64,000 nucleotides of DNA from an uncultured Eubacteriales bacterium (GTDB lineage Bacteria; Acidobacteriota; Aminicenantia; Aminicenantales; Aminicenantaceae), in the NCBI GenBank assembly GCA_964348015.1, contig CAYGBC010000050.1, forward strand, positions 261,001-325,000, in the 5' to 3' direction. The position numbers and the translations under genes were made by a program. The notes under the pieces were generated by a model. That model saw nothing but the letters and a program-made list of their open reading frames with translations, searched no databases and was not told where the DNA came from. This document shows, in pieces, positions 28,444 through 38,638 of this stretch (its first letter is position 1; the number at the start of each line of letters is the position of its first letter).

Positions 28444-30000
28444 ATGGCAAAGATTACCATAGATGAAAAACCGATAGATATCGAGGAAGGCACCACTGTT
28501 CTCAAGGCCGCAGAGACAGCGGGGATATCCATCCCTCATCTGTGTTATCATGACGCTTTTCCGCCGGAAGGCAGTTGCCGTATATGTCTGGTTGAGATCG
28601 AGGGATTGCCCAAGCTTGAGCTGGCGTGTTCGACTCAGGTCCGGGAGGGGATGAAAGTTTTGACTCAGAGTGAAAAAGTCGTTGAAGCGAGGAAAGGCGT
28701 GTTGGAGTTCCTGCTCGCTGAGCATCCTCTGGATTGTCCGATTTGCGACAAGGCCGGTGACTGCAAACTCCAGGATTATTACGATGAATACGGCCTCTTC
28801 GAAAGCCAGTTTAAGGAATCCAAAGAAAAGAGAGAGAAGACGGATAAAATCGGAAAATCCCTTATCCATGATGAAGAAAGATGCATCCTCTGCCGGCGGT
28901 GTGTCCGTTTTTTAGCGGAAATCACCAAAACACAGGAGTTGGGCGTTTTTGAGAGAGGTGTTCACTCAAGAGTGAATATATACGACCTCACTCCAGTCGA
29001 TAACAACTATTCGGGTAATCTTGCTCAGATCTGTCCTGTGGGGGCTATTACAGACGAAGATTTCAGGTTTAAGACGCGAAGCTGGTTTTTAAAAAAAGGT
29101 GAGTCGATCTGCCCATTGTGCAGCCGCGGGTGCAACATCACGATCGAGTACCATCCGGGTTTTTCCCACTTCGGAGTTCCCAGAAGAGTGTACAGGATAC
29201 AGTCCCGCAAGAACCAAGAAATCAACGGTTTTTGGATTTGTGACTTGGGTCGTTATGGGCACTCGTACTTGGGTGAAAACCGTCTGGACGAGATTGTGAT
29301 AAACAATAAAGAATGGAATATCGAGCCAAATTGGGAAAATATATCCTCCTTTATCTGTCAGCAGCTGAAAAAAATAGTGGAAGGAAAGAAGGTGTCCCAG
29401 ATAGCTTTAATCCTGAACACGTGGCTGTCCAACGAGGAACTCTTCCTGATTCATAAAATCTTCAGAAATGATCAGAAATTGAACAGGATATTCTTCGCGG
29501 ACAATTCCCAAGCGGAGAAAGATGATTTTCTGCTGACCGCTGAACGGACTCCAAACAAAAAAGGGGCCCGGGAAATCGGATTTGATATCCAACCCGTGAA
29601 GCCGGGAGCTTTAGAGGACAAGACGGATATGCTGCTTGCCTTTGGCCCCTTCCTTGCAGAGAAGTTCACCGTATCTGATCTCAAGAAAGCTCTGGAAAAG
29701 ATTGAGACCAAGGTTCTTTTCAGTTCTCATGCGAATGACTTGAATTCCCTTTTCGATATCGTGTTCCCGACCGCTTTGATTGCGGAAAAGGGGGGCTCCT
29801 TGACAAATGTCGATGGGAAGATCCAGAAATTTTCACCTGCTTTTGATTCTCCGGGCGATAGCCTCCCGGAGTGGAGGATGCTTTCTGACTTGGGGAGAAA
29901 ATTTGGAGTTAATTCTTCCTTTTACGAAGGATTCACCACTCCGGAAGCCATCTTCACAGAAATCGGGAAGGCCGTTCCTTTTTTTAGAGAGCCAAAGTGA
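28444..30000 (+). CDS. nuoG: NADH-quinone oxidoreductase subunit G (short form)
   Basis: N1b CYH..GSCRIC..AC, N5 HPLDCPICDKAGDC, N4 CILCRRC..CPVGA and N7 CPLCSRGC..WIC. 518 aa. Confidence 0.92.
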   Translation: MAKITIDEKPIDIEEGTTVLKAAETAGISIPHLCYHDAFPPEGSCRICLVEIEGLPKLELACSTQVREGMKVLTQSEKVVEARKGVLEFLLAEHPLDCPICDKAGDCKLQDYYDEYGLFESQFKESKEKREKTDKIGKSLIHDEERCILCRRCVRFLAEITKTQELGVFERGVHSRVNIYDLTPVDNNYSGNLAQICPVGAITDEDFRFKTRSWFLKKGESICPLCSRGCNITIEYHPGFSHFGVPRRVYRIQSRKNQEINGFWICDLGRYGHSYLGENRLDEIVINNKEWNIEPNWENISSFICQQLKKIVEGKKVSQIALILNTWLSNEELFLIHKIFRNDQKLNRIFFADNSQAEKDDFLLTAERTPNKKGAREIGFDIQPVKPGALEDKTDMLLAFGPFLAEKFTVSDLKKALEKIETKVLFSSHANDLNSLFDIVFPTALIAEKGGSLTNVDGKIQKFSPAFDSPGDSLPEWRMLSDLGRKFGVNSSFYEGFTTPEAIFTEIGKAVPFFREPK

Positions 30001-31073
30001 TTGAAATATTGATTGTATTCATCAAGATTGTGTGTGCTTTGGTCTGGTTTCTCCTTCTGACACTCTACTTGACGTGGGTCGAGAGAAAAGAGAGCGCGCT
30101 CATCCAGGACCGGATTGGCGCGAACCGGGCCTCGATCTTCGGAATTCGGATCCTCGGGCTTTTCCAGCCGTTTGCCGATGCGATTAAAATGATCTTTAAA
30201 GAAGATTTTGTTCCTCCGTTCTCCAGGAAATTTCTCCATACTCTGGCGCCGTTTGTTTCTTTTTTCTTCGTGGCCATCACCATTTCCGCGGTCCCGTTCG
30301 GTGATTCCATCAGAATCGGAGAGCGGACCATTTCCCTCCAGATACTGGACTTTAACGTCGGCCTGCTGTTCATCCTGGCCATGCTGTCCTTGGGGATTTA
30401 CGGAATTATTCTCAGCGGTTGGGCATCGAATAACAGGTACACTCTTCTCGGCGGATTGAGAGGAACGGCTCAGCTGATATCCTACGAAGTCGCGTTGGGC
30501 CTTTCTCTGATTGGCCTGATCATGATCTATCCTTCCCTGCGACTTTCCGCCATTGTGCATTATCAAGGCGAGATGATTTTTGGATTCCTTCCCAAGTGGG
30601 GAATTTTCCTCCAACCTCTCGGATTCCTCGTGTTTTTGTTCGCCGCTCTTGCGGAAACAAAGAGAGCGCCGTTCGACCTTCCCGAAGCCGAATCAGAAAT
30701 CATCGGATTTTTTGCCGAATACGGCGGTCTGAAATGGGGCCTTTTCATGATGACGGATTTCATGGAAATCATTGTGATTTCCGCATTACTCACAACGCTC
30801 TTCTTCGGAGGGTGGCAGGTCCCCTGGATGGCTGCGGACGGATTTCACTGGCCGTGGGGAGGAGAGTGGCTCTTGCCCCAATGGCTGGTCGTCGTATTTC
30901 AAGTGGCCGCTTTCAATCTGAAGGTTTTCTTTTTCTGCTGGCTTCAGATTTTAATTCGATGGACCTATCCGCGATTCCGTTATGACCAGTTAATGGATAT
31001 GGGTTGGAAATTGCTTATTCCTTTAAGCCTGGTGAACATCGTTGGAACAGGCATTGTGATGAGTATAATATAA
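29997..31073 (+). CDS. nuoH: NADH-quinone oxidoreductase subunit H
   Basis: ERK..IQDRIGANR, QPFADAIKMIFKED, SYEVALGL, AETKRAPFDLPEAESE and RWTYPRFRYDQLM. Confidence 0.97.
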   Translation: MIEILIVFIKIVCALVWFLLLTLYLTWVERKESALIQDRIGANRASIFGIRILGLFQPFADAIKMIFKEDFVPPFSRKFLHTLAPFVSFFFVAITISAVPFGDSIRIGERTISLQILDFNVGLLFILAMLSLGIYGIILSGWASNNRYTLLGGLRGTAQLISYEVALGLSLIGLIMIYPSLRLSAIVHYQGEMIFGFLPKWGIFLQPLGFLVFLFAALAETKRAPFDLPEAESEIIGFFAEYGGLKWGLFMMTDFMEIIVISALLTTLFFGGWQVPWMAADGFHWPWGGEWLLPQWLVVVFQVAAFNLKVFFFCWLQILIRWTYPRFRYDQLMDMGWKLLIPLSLVNIVGTGIVMSII

Positions 31074-31546
31074 TGATTAAAGCTCTGGGCTATTTCATCG
31101 AGATTATAAGGGGAAGTCTGATCACGTCTCGCCATTTCTTCGTTAATTTGTTCTTCCACATTCTCAAAGTGATGGGAATAAAAACGAAGAGAAAAGGAGC
31201 CGTGACCATTCAGTACCCTGAACAGAAAAAAGAGATCGCCACAAGGCACAGAAGCCTGCACCGGCTGATGACCGGAGAAAACGGCAAGCCAAGATGCGTG
31301 GCCTGCATGCTGTGTGCCACAGTATGCCCGTCCGAATGTATTTATGTGGAGGCGGCCGAAGACCCTGAGCTGGAGATGCAGAAATATCCCTCCAAGTTTA
31401 TCATTGATATCGGCCGCTGCTGCTTTTGTGGATTCTGTGTTGAAGCCTGTCCTGAAGACGCGATCCGGATGGATTCGGGAGAGATAGATTTCGCAGGATA
31501 CACACGCGATGACCTGGTCTATGACCTGGATAAACTCCTCAGATGA
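31073..31546 (+). CDS. nuoI: NADH-quinone oxidoreductase subunit I
   Basis: TIQYPE, CVACMLCATVCP and CCFCGFCVEACPEDAI. ATG 31073 overlaps the nuoH stop (TAATG). Confidence 0.95.
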   Translation: MIKALGYFIEIIRGSLITSRHFFVNLFFHILKVMGIKTKRKGAVTIQYPEQKKEIATRHRSLHRLMTGENGKPRCVACMLCATVCPSECIYVEAAEDPELEMQKYPSKFIIDIGRCCFCGFCVEACPEDAIRMDSGEIDFAGYTRDDLVYDLDKLLR

Positions 31547-32406
31547 CGATCGATAAGATTGCCCTTGGGCAGTTTGTGATACACGGCCTGAGAGACGGCT
31601 TTTTTCGCCTGGACGGGGGGGCGATGTTCGGAGTGGTTCCCAAGCCCCTCTGGGAGAAAAAATTCCCCTCCGATGATCAAAACCGGATTAGACTGGCTCT
31701 CAATTCCTTCCTGATTAAAAAATCTGATCTGCTCATCCTGATCGAGACTGGCATAGGGACTGATCTTGACGAGAAAATATTCAAGTATTATTCTGTAGAG
31801 AGGGAACCAGGACTCCTCGGCTCACTCCAGAGACTCGGATTTCAAGCCGGTGATATCGACATCGTGATCAACACCCATCTCCATTTCGACCACTGCGGGG
31901 GGAACACGACCAAGACCGAGAAGGGAGAAATAGTGCCGACCTTTTCCAAAGCCAAATACATCATCCAGAAGGAAGAATGGGAATACGCTCTTGCCCCGAC
32001 CGAAAGAGACAGGCCCAGTTATCTTCAACAGAACTTCCTGCCTCTGGAAAAACACGGACAGCTTCAGCTGGTGGAGGGAGACGCAGAAATCACACAAGGA
32101 GTGGAGACTGTCCGGATACGCGGGCACACTTCCAGTCATCAATGCGTGAAAGTCCAATCCTCAGGAAAAACCTTCTTTTTTCTGGGAGATTTGGTGCCCA
32201 CAACAGGGCACATCGGTTTGCCCTACATCATGAGCTACGACCTCTTTCCCCAGGAAACCCTGGAAAACAAAAAGAAAGTTTTTGACCAAGCGATCAAGGA
32301 AGACTGGATACTCGGCTTCAACCACGACCCGGATCATTATTTCGGTCAAGTTGAAAAAATCGAAGATAAATACAGGTTCAAACCTCTCAAAACGCTCAAC
32401 GTGTAA
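31543..32406 (+). CDS. MBL-fold metallo-hydrolase (YtnP-like)
   Basis: LDGGAMFGVVPKPLW, THLHFDHCGG, GHTSSHQ, GDLVPT and FNHDP. Confidence 0.92.
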   Translation: MTIDKIALGQFVIHGLRDGFFRLDGGAMFGVVPKPLWEKKFPSDDQNRIRLALNSFLIKKSDLLILIETGIGTDLDEKIFKYYSVEREPGLLGSLQRLGFQAGDIDIVINTHLHFDHCGGNTTKTEKGEIVPTFSKAKYIIQKEEWEYALAPTERDRPSYLQQNFLPLEKHGQLQLVEGDAEITQGVETVRIRGHTSSHQCVKVQSSGKTFFFLGDLVPTTGHIGLPYIMSYDLFPQETLENKKKVFDQAIKEDWILGFNHDPDHYFGQVEKIEDKYRFKPLKTLNV

Positions 32407-32469
32407 AAACACGTTCTCATTTTCACCATCCCTGTGCATTGGGGAATATTTAGCTTATCACAGGGGAGC

Positions 32470-32498
32470 TTGAATATTTCATGCGCGGATGTTATAAA
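32470..32498 (+). promoter_or_regulatory. Putative sigma-70 promoter (extended -10) for the LigD-PE gene
   Basis: TTGAAT-N17-TATAAA, with TG one base upstream of the -10 element. Confidence 0.5.
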
Positions 32499-32564
32499 TA
32501 CACTTCGGCTTCAAATCCTCAAATTGCAGAGAATTCCCTTTATTCACACTGCCTTTAAGACAAG

Positions 32565-33029
32565 ATGAGCCTCAAAGAGTACAAGAAAAAACGAGATTTC
32601 AGCAGGACTCAGGAGCCTTCGGATTCCAAGGCGAAAAAGGGAGAAGGATTGATCTATGTCATCCAGAGACATCAAGCTTCCCGTCTTCATTATGACCTTC
32701 GCCTGGAAGAGGAGGGAGTCTTGAAAAGCTGGGCGATTCCCAAATCACCTCCAGAGGAAGCAGGAGTGAGACGGCTGGCCGTTCAAACTGAAGACCACCC
32801 CTTAGGATACGAGGATTTCGAAGGGATCATCCCGGAGGGCGAGTACGGAGCCGGAACCGTCAAGACCTGGGATAAGGGAATCTATTCTGTGCTCGAATCC
32901 GATTCGGCCAAGAGAATCATCGAGATTAAAGGAAAAAAAATCAAGGGAAAGTACGCTCTGATCAAATTGAAGCCGAAAAATCCGGATGACACAAACTGGC
33001 TTTTTTTCAAGCTTAAACAGGTCAAATGA
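32565..33029 (+). CDS. Stand-alone LigD-type DNA 3'-phosphoesterase (PE domain)
   Basis: LKEYKKKRDFSRTQEP, YVIQRHQASRLHYDLRLE..GVLKSWAIPK, LAVQTEDHPLGY and YGAGTVKTWDKG. Confidence 0.95.
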   Translation: MSLKEYKKKRDFSRTQEPSDSKAKKGEGLIYVIQRHQASRLHYDLRLEEEGVLKSWAIPKSPPEEAGVRRLAVQTEDHPLGYEDFEGIIPEGEYGAGTVKTWDKGIYSVLESDSAKRIIEIKGKKIKGKYALIKLKPKNPDDTNWLFFKLKQVK

Positions 33030-33068
33030 CCTGAAATTTCAGCGAAAAACAAGGAGAAAGTAAAGGAC

Positions 33069-33230
33069 ATGAAAGACGAAGAAAAAATTTCTTGCCATAT
33101 CTGCAAGAAGGAAATCCCGAAAGCCGCGGCAGTTCATTCTGAAGGAGAAGAATACGTTCTCCATTTCTGTGATGTCGGATGCCTGGATTACTGGAAAAAA
33201 GAAAAGGAAAAAAAGAGGACAGAGGAATAG
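33069..33230 (+). CDS. Small DUF3330-like (TRASH/YHS-type Cys) metal-binding protein, 53 aa, absent from the ORF track
   Basis: Translated by hand after an AAGGA RBS: MKDEEKISCHICKKEIPKAAAVHSEGEEYVLHFCDVGCLDYWKKEKEKKRTEE. CxxCKEIP..A..EG.EYV.HFC..C matches the DUF3330 pattern as I recall it. Confidence 0.8.
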   Translation: MKDEEKISCHICKKEIPKAAAVHSEGEEYVLHFCDVGCLDYWKKEKEKKRTEE

Positions 33231-33391
33231 AGAAATCACCTGATTTACCGATCAGAATATCTGTTCAACACGCAATACAATTAATATCCTGATTTCTTTA
33301 TAAATTTTCAACTGAATCAATCAGAAAGGATGGGAACCTTCTGAGATTTATATTCGTATAATCTATTGATCATTAAGGACAGGAGGAGTCC

Positions 33392-34483
33392 ATGTTTAAG
33401 AAAATATTCATCCCTCTGCTCATCATAGTCGTGATTGCGGCTGTCATTTTTTTGAAGGCCAAGAATTCCTCGAACGGAAAGGACAACGGGATCAAAATGA
33501 TCAAAGTCCAGAGAGGTGACATCGTTGAGAACGCCCTGGCCATCGGCCGGATCGTGCCGAAAATGGAAATCGCGGTCAAGTCGAAAATATCCGGTATTGT
33601 CAAGACCGTTTACGTGGAAGTCGGTGACGAAGTGAAGGTCGGGGAGCCGCTGTTGGAAATCAAACCAGACCCGACTCCCTTGGAATTTGCTGAGGCCAAG
33701 AGGAATGTCGAGATGGCGATTGTAAATCTTGAGAAGGCTGAAAACGAATACGAACGAATGGAAAAATTATTGAACGACAACCTGGTTTCCCAGCAAGAAT
33801 ATGATGCCGCTGAAAACGAATACAAGCAGCTCCAACTGAGAGTGAAAATCGCCCGGGAAAGACTCGCATTGATCGAAGAGGGGAGGACAAAGATTGCTGA
33901 CCGCCAGGTGGATACAATCCTAAAATCTTCTGTGGCCGGAACGGTTCTCGAGCGGAGAGTCAACGAGGGAGACCCAGTCGTCCCGCTGACCTCATACCAG
34001 GCCGGTACGGAGCTTCTTCTTCTGGCCAATATGGATAATCTGATTTTCAAAGGAACCGTAGACGAGATCGACGTGGGCAAACTCGAGGTGGGAATGATGG
34101 CTGAATTGAAAATAGGCGCAATCCCAGACGAAAAGATAATCGGTCAACTGACAAAAATTTCACCCAAAGCCAAACAGCAGGATAATGCCACTCTTTTTGA
34201 TGTGGAGATCGAGATCACGCAAAGAGGAGAAAAGATGATCAGAGCCGGATATTCTGCGAATGCGGAGCTGGTCATCAACAAAGCCGAGAACACTCTCTTC
34301 ATTCCGGAGAGGTTGGTCGAATTTAACAACGAGCAGACCTTCGTTGAAGTCATGGATGAAAACGGCGAGATCATCAAAAAAGAGGTGAAAATCGGGCTCA
34401 GCGATGGGATCAGCGTGGAGATTCAAGAAGGATTGGAGGAAGGAGAAGAGGTTGTTGAGAGACCTCCAAAGGAAATTGAATAG
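33392..34483 (+). CDS. Efflux periplasmic adaptor (MacA/HlyD-like)
   Basis: N-terminal anchor, VKSKISGIVKTVYVEVGDEVKVGEPL lipoyl half, coiled coil, VDEIDVGKL and GLSDG..EIQEGLEEGEEV. Confidence 0.93.
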   Translation: MFKKIFIPLLIIVVIAAVIFLKAKNSSNGKDNGIKMIKVQRGDIVENALAIGRIVPKMEIAVKSKISGIVKTVYVEVGDEVKVGEPLLEIKPDPTPLEFAEAKRNVEMAIVNLEKAENEYERMEKLLNDNLVSQQEYDAAENEYKQLQLRVKIARERLALIEEGRTKIADRQVDTILKSSVAGTVLERRVNEGDPVVPLTSYQAGTELLLLANMDNLIFKGTVDEIDVGKLEVGMMAELKIGAIPDEKIIGQLTKISPKAKQQDNATLFDVEIEITQRGEKMIRAGYSANAELVINKAENTLFIPERLVEFNNEQTFVEVMDENGEIIKKEVKIGLSDGISVEIQEGLEEGEEVVERPPKEIE

Positions 34484-34565
34484 TGCATCTGACTCGATGT
34501 GGACTTAAGTTCAATGTCTCAGACACTCCTCCATATGTTTCACCAAGTCCATTGAGGTTGCGGCA

Positions 34566-35798
34566 ATGAAATCCTTCATGTTTCTCTCCCAGTTTCTCAG
34601 AGACATGCGTTCTCAGAAAGTGAGAACTTTCCTGACGATTTTTGGGATCACCTGGGGGACCATCTCAGTCGTCCTGCTCCTTGCGTTTGGCGTAGGAATG
34701 GAAAAGCAGATGGACAAGAACATGCACGGCCTGGGAGAAGGAATCATGATCATCTGGCCGGGCCGGACGAGTGTGGCGTATGAAGGGTTGAGTAAAGGCC
34801 GGCCTCTGCGATTCCGAGAAGAAGATGCTTTTCTCGTTGAGCAGGAGATTCCCCAGATCAAGCAATCCTGTCCTGAATATACCGGATGGGGAATCAAATT
34901 GAAGTACGGGAAGAATGCTTATTCGTGCGTCATGAAGGGCATTTATCCTGTGTATTCGGACATAAGGAACGTCATTCCGCGGAGAGGGGGGCGGTTCATC
35001 AATGATACAGACATTTCACAAAAAAGACGAACCATATTCATCGGGTTTAGCGTCAAAGAGGAGCTGTTCAAGGAGAAGGAGGCTGTCGGAAAATATGTCC
35101 ATGTCAACGGTGTTCCGTTTCAGGTGATCGGTGTTCTGATCGAAAAGACGCAGAATTCTTCGTACAACAGTCGAGATGAATACGCCGCTTTTATTCCCGC
35201 CACGACTTTCGCGTCTTTCTTCGGCTCAAAATACATCAGCAATTTTGTTGTTCAGGCCTATGACCCCTTCAAGAATGAATACATCGAGAAACAGATTCTT
35301 CAGGTGCTCGGTAAAAAATATAAGTTTCATCCAGAGGATACAGAGGCACTCGCTGTCTGGGACACGATGGAAGGAGAAAAGATCACCAGTTCGATCATGA
35401 TCGGGTTCAACATTTTCCTCGGAATCGTCGGAGCCTTTACGCTGATTGTGGGAAGCATAGGCGTCTCGAACATCATGAATGTAGTCGTCGAGGAGAGGAC
35501 AAGGGAAATCGGACTGAAGATGGCTTTGGGGGCTAAAAAAAGATTTGTCCTGGCTCAGTTTCTATTCGAGACCCTGTTGATCACCTTGGTCGGGGGCGCT
35601 TTGGGGATTACTTTTTCTTACTTAATCGTTTCCGTATTCCCGACAACCGGTATCGAGGAATTCATCGGAAAGCCGACTTTTTCATTGACCATAGGACTCA
35701 TCACCGCTGCTCTTTTAGGTATGATCGGATTGATCTCTGGATGGGGACCTGCGCGCCGGGCCTCGAACCTTCACCCAGTGGAGGCGCTCAGGTCTTAG
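34566..35798 (+). CDS. MacB/FtsX-family ABC permease
   Basis: RTFLTIFGITWG, IGVSNIMNVVVEERTREIGLKMALGAK and PARRASNLHPVEALRS. Confidence 0.93.
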   Translation: MKSFMFLSQFLRDMRSQKVRTFLTIFGITWGTISVVLLLAFGVGMEKQMDKNMHGLGEGIMIIWPGRTSVAYEGLSKGRPLRFREEDAFLVEQEIPQIKQSCPEYTGWGIKLKYGKNAYSCVMKGIYPVYSDIRNVIPRRGGRFINDTDISQKRRTIFIGFSVKEELFKEKEAVGKYVHVNGVPFQVIGVLIEKTQNSSYNSRDEYAAFIPATTFASFFGSKYISNFVVQAYDPFKNEYIEKQILQVLGKKYKFHPEDTEALAVWDTMEGEKITSSIMIGFNIFLGIVGAFTLIVGSIGVSNIMNVVVEERTREIGLKMALGAKKRFVLAQFLFETLLITLVGGALGITFSYLIVSVFPTTGIEEFIGKPTFSLTIGLITAALLGMIGLISGWGPARRASNLHPVEALRS

Positions 35799-35807
35799 GA
35801 GCAGAGA

Positions 35808-37055
35808 ATGAAGCTCATCACTCTTTTCCGGCTGTTCTACAGGGAGCTCAAAAGCCAGAAGAAGAGGATCACTCTGACCATATTCGCCTTGGCCTGGGGC
35901 ACTTTTTCGATAGTCATCCTCCTCGCTTTCGGTGAAGGGCTGAAGAGGCAGATGATTAAAGCCATGCACGGTCTTGGAGATGGGATATGCATCGTCTATG
36001 CCGGTCAGACATCAAAGCCCTATAAAGGCCTGGGAAAAGGGCGGGTGATCAGACTTCAGCTGGATGATGTGGAACTGCTCCGCAGCAGGGTTTCCGGGAT
36101 CGCACTCATCAGTCCGGAGAATGACCGCTCCCGGAACAACATGACCTATGAACGCAAAAGCCTTTCAGAGCGAGTCATCGGAGTGTACCCGGATTTTGAA
36201 GATTTGCGCGGTTATAATCCGGATAGAAACAGCCGGTTCATCAATGACCTGGATATTTTGAACAAGAAGAGGGTTGTTTTCTTGGGCACGGAGTTGAAGA
36301 AGAGGCTTTTTGAGGATGAAGAAGCCGTCGGAAAGACGATTCTGATCAACCGCATTCCGTTTTTGGTGATCGGAGTCATGGTGGACAAGATGCAGAACAG
36401 TATGTACAACGGTGCAGATGTGGATAAAGCCGCCATCCCGTACTCGGCCTTCAAAACGATTTATGGAGATAAATACCTGCACCGGCTGATCTATAGACCA
36501 GAAGATCTCTCCCAAGCGGAGATGGTCAAAGATGAAGTTTTCAAAGTGCTGTCCCAGAAGTACAAATTCGACCCCACGGATAAACAGGCGCTCGAGATCT
36601 GGGATATGGTGGAAGAGGAAAAACTGATGAGAAACATTTTCCTCGGTCTGGAAATCTTCATGGGCGTCATCGGCGGGCTCACGTTGATCGTTGCGGGGGT
36701 GGGTGTGGCCAATATCATGTATGTTTCCGCAAAAAAAAGGACCAAAGAGATAGGAATCAAGATGGCGCTCGGAGCCAAAAAAAGACACGTCCTTCTCCAG
36801 TTCATTTCTGAAGCTCTGATGATCTCCTTTATCGGGGGAGGCGCAGGCGTCTTGTTCTCTTTTATCATAGTGGAGACCTTTCAAGCTCTTCCCTTACAAG
36901 GGGAGGTGGCGGATATTCTGGCCCATCCGGTCATCTCTTTGAAGATAATGGTATTAACCGCTTTCATCCTGAGTATTATCGGCTTTCTTGCGGGAATATT
37001 CCCGGCACGGAGAGCGGCCTCAGCCAAGCCCGTAGAGGCTTTGAGGTACGAATAA
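35808..37055 (+). CDS. MacB/FtsX-family ABC permease (second paralogue)
   Basis: GVANIMYVSAKKRTKEIGIKMALGAK and PARRAASAKPVEALRYE. Confidence 0.93.
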   Translation: MKLITLFRLFYRELKSQKKRITLTIFALAWGTFSIVILLAFGEGLKRQMIKAMHGLGDGICIVYAGQTSKPYKGLGKGRVIRLQLDDVELLRSRVSGIALISPENDRSRNNMTYERKSLSERVIGVYPDFEDLRGYNPDRNSRFINDLDILNKKRVVFLGTELKKRLFEDEEAVGKTILINRIPFLVIGVMVDKMQNSMYNGADVDKAAIPYSAFKTIYGDKYLHRLIYRPEDLSQAEMVKDEVFKVLSQKYKFDPTDKQALEIWDMVEEEKLMRNIFLGLEIFMGVIGGLTLIVAGVGVANIMYVSAKKRTKEIGIKMALGAKKRHVLLQFISEALMISFIGGGAGVLFSFIIVETFQALPLQGEVADILAHPVISLKIMVLTAFILSIIGFLAGIFPARRAASAKPVEALRYE

Positions 37056-37348
37056 CATGATGACAATACGCGGAAATGGCTTTGTTCCCTTCAGATTTTT
37101 TGCGCCATTCCTTCACCATCCTTCTCGGCGCCTGCGTAACTCCGCATGCCAATCCTGCCACTTCAAACTTGATAGCCGTTCTAGATCGATTTCTATGAGA
37201 TTGATTCTTTCGTGCTCAGACATACTCAGCGGCCGATTCGATCGGCTTCCCTCGAAGGATGATTCGAGAAGGCTAAATCTTCAAGGTCGCTTCATCCATT
37301 CCCGCGTATTTGACTCTCACAATTCAAAAGGAATCTAGGAGTTTGACC

Positions 37349-38020
37349 ATGATTAAAATGGATAAAATTAAGAAGATATACGGCGAAGGACCTGCGCGGG
37401 TCGCAGCCTTAAAAAATATCGACCTGGAAGTCAAGGAGAATGAGTTCGTGGGGCTGGTCGGTCCGTCGGGCTCCGGAAAATCCACTTTGATGAACATCAT
37501 GGGCTGTCTGGATGTCCCGAGTTCAGGGAAATATTATTTCGAGGGAGAGCCTGTCGCCGATTTTAACCATAATAAGCTGGCGGAGATCCGGAATAAAAAG
37601 ATCGGATTCGTGTTCCAGAATTTCAACCTGCTTCCGTACGCCACAGCCTATGAGAACGTTGAGATTCCGATGATATTCATGGGAATGCGGGCCAAAGCCA
37701 GGAAATCCCGGGCGATTGAGTTGCTCGATAAGGTCGGTCTTGGAGGACGAGCGCATCACAAACCCAGCGAGCTTTCTGGAGGAGAGATGCAGCGGGTGGC
37801 TATAGCCAGAGCTCTGGCGAATAATCCCAGACTCATTCTGGCGGATGAACCGACTGGAAACCTGGATACCAAATCCGGAGACGAAATCCTGGCCATATTC
37901 GAAGATCTCTGGAAACAGGGCCACACTCTGGTGGTTATCACTCATAATCCTTATATTTCTGAACGGGCCCAGAGAGTTATTCATCTTATCGACGGGACGA
38001 TCGAGAATAATGGTGCCTGA
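37349..38020 (+). CDS. ABC transporter ATP-binding protein (LolD/MacB type)
   Basis: [34 protein letters not shown] and ITH. Start placed at ATG 37349 after AGGAG. Confidence 0.95.
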   Translation: MIKMDKIKKIYGEGPARVAALKNIDLEVKENEFVGLVGPSGSGKSTLMNIMGCLDVPSSGKYYFEGEPVADFNHNKLAEIRNKKIGFVFQNFNLLPYATAYENVEIPMIFMGMRAKARKSRAIELLDKVGLGGRAHHKPSELSGGEMQRVAIARALANNPRLILADEPTGNLDTKSGDEILAIFEDLWKQGHTLVVITHNPYISERAQRVIHLIDGTIENNGA

Positions 38021-38142
38021 TTTTTGAGAGGCTTTCAGTCAGCCCTGTTCCCGTTAGCGGCATGTCCATTCACTCGAACTGATGAGTGAGAAAAGAAGTG
38101 AATTAAAACGAAAACGGGAGTTTGGATAAAAGGAGGGGATTC

Positions 38143-38481
38143 ATGCTCAAAAACACGTCTAACACGCCCAAAGTCGAGTGGGCGGACAATTGTTTTTCCT
38201 GGAATTTGATTGACCGCAGAGAATTCAGCCTCAAAATGGAGGAAATCCCCCCTGGAGGAAGCTCGGATTCTCATTTTCATGCCAGTTCGTTTCAATTCTT
38301 CTTCATTCTGGAAGGAAAGGCAACGATTGAACTCGAGGGAATTCAATTCAAATTGAAACCAAACGAAGGGATTGAAATTCCTTTTAGGAAGAAACACCAG
38401 ATCACTAACTCGAGCAACGAGAATCTTCGCTTCCTGCTTATCAGTTGCCCTCGGATCGAAAAGAACGACATCTGCATTTGA
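38143..38481 (+). CDS. Cupin-domain protein
   Basis: EEIPPGGSSDSHFH..QFFFILEGKA..EGIEIP..HQITN cupin motifs. ATG 38143 follows AGGAGG. Confidence 0.88.
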   Translation: MLKNTSNTPKVEWADNCFSWNLIDRREFSLKMEEIPPGGSSDSHFHASSFQFFFILEGKATIELEGIQFKLKPNEGIEIPFRKKHQITNSSNENLRFLLISCPRIEKNDICI

Positions 38482-38506
38482 CTTGATGCAGGGAGAATGC
38501 TATAGC
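38478..38506 (+). promoter_or_regulatory. Putative sigma-70 promoter for the PD-(D/E)XK nuclease
   Basis: TTGACT-N17-TATAGC with an extended TG motif. Confidence 0.5.
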
Positions 38507-38638
38507 TTTGAGGGTTATTCGCGCCAGCTCAATTCAGCAGAAACAATGAGAAGTTTAGCTAAAAATGTCAGTCATTTCTAATGGAAGATGCGAAAATGAC
38601 TGGCTTTCGTACACGATAACAGCAAGGAGAAAGCTTTC

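Noticed and set aside
28444-30000. Formate dehydrogenase or other Mo enzyme
   Set aside because: Fe-S motif set and operon position are those of NuoG, with no Mo/Sec ligand region.
32495-32530. tRNA-like TTCAAATCC T-loop
   Set aside because: No cloverleaf, acceptor stem or D-arm; it lies in a promoter/leader region.
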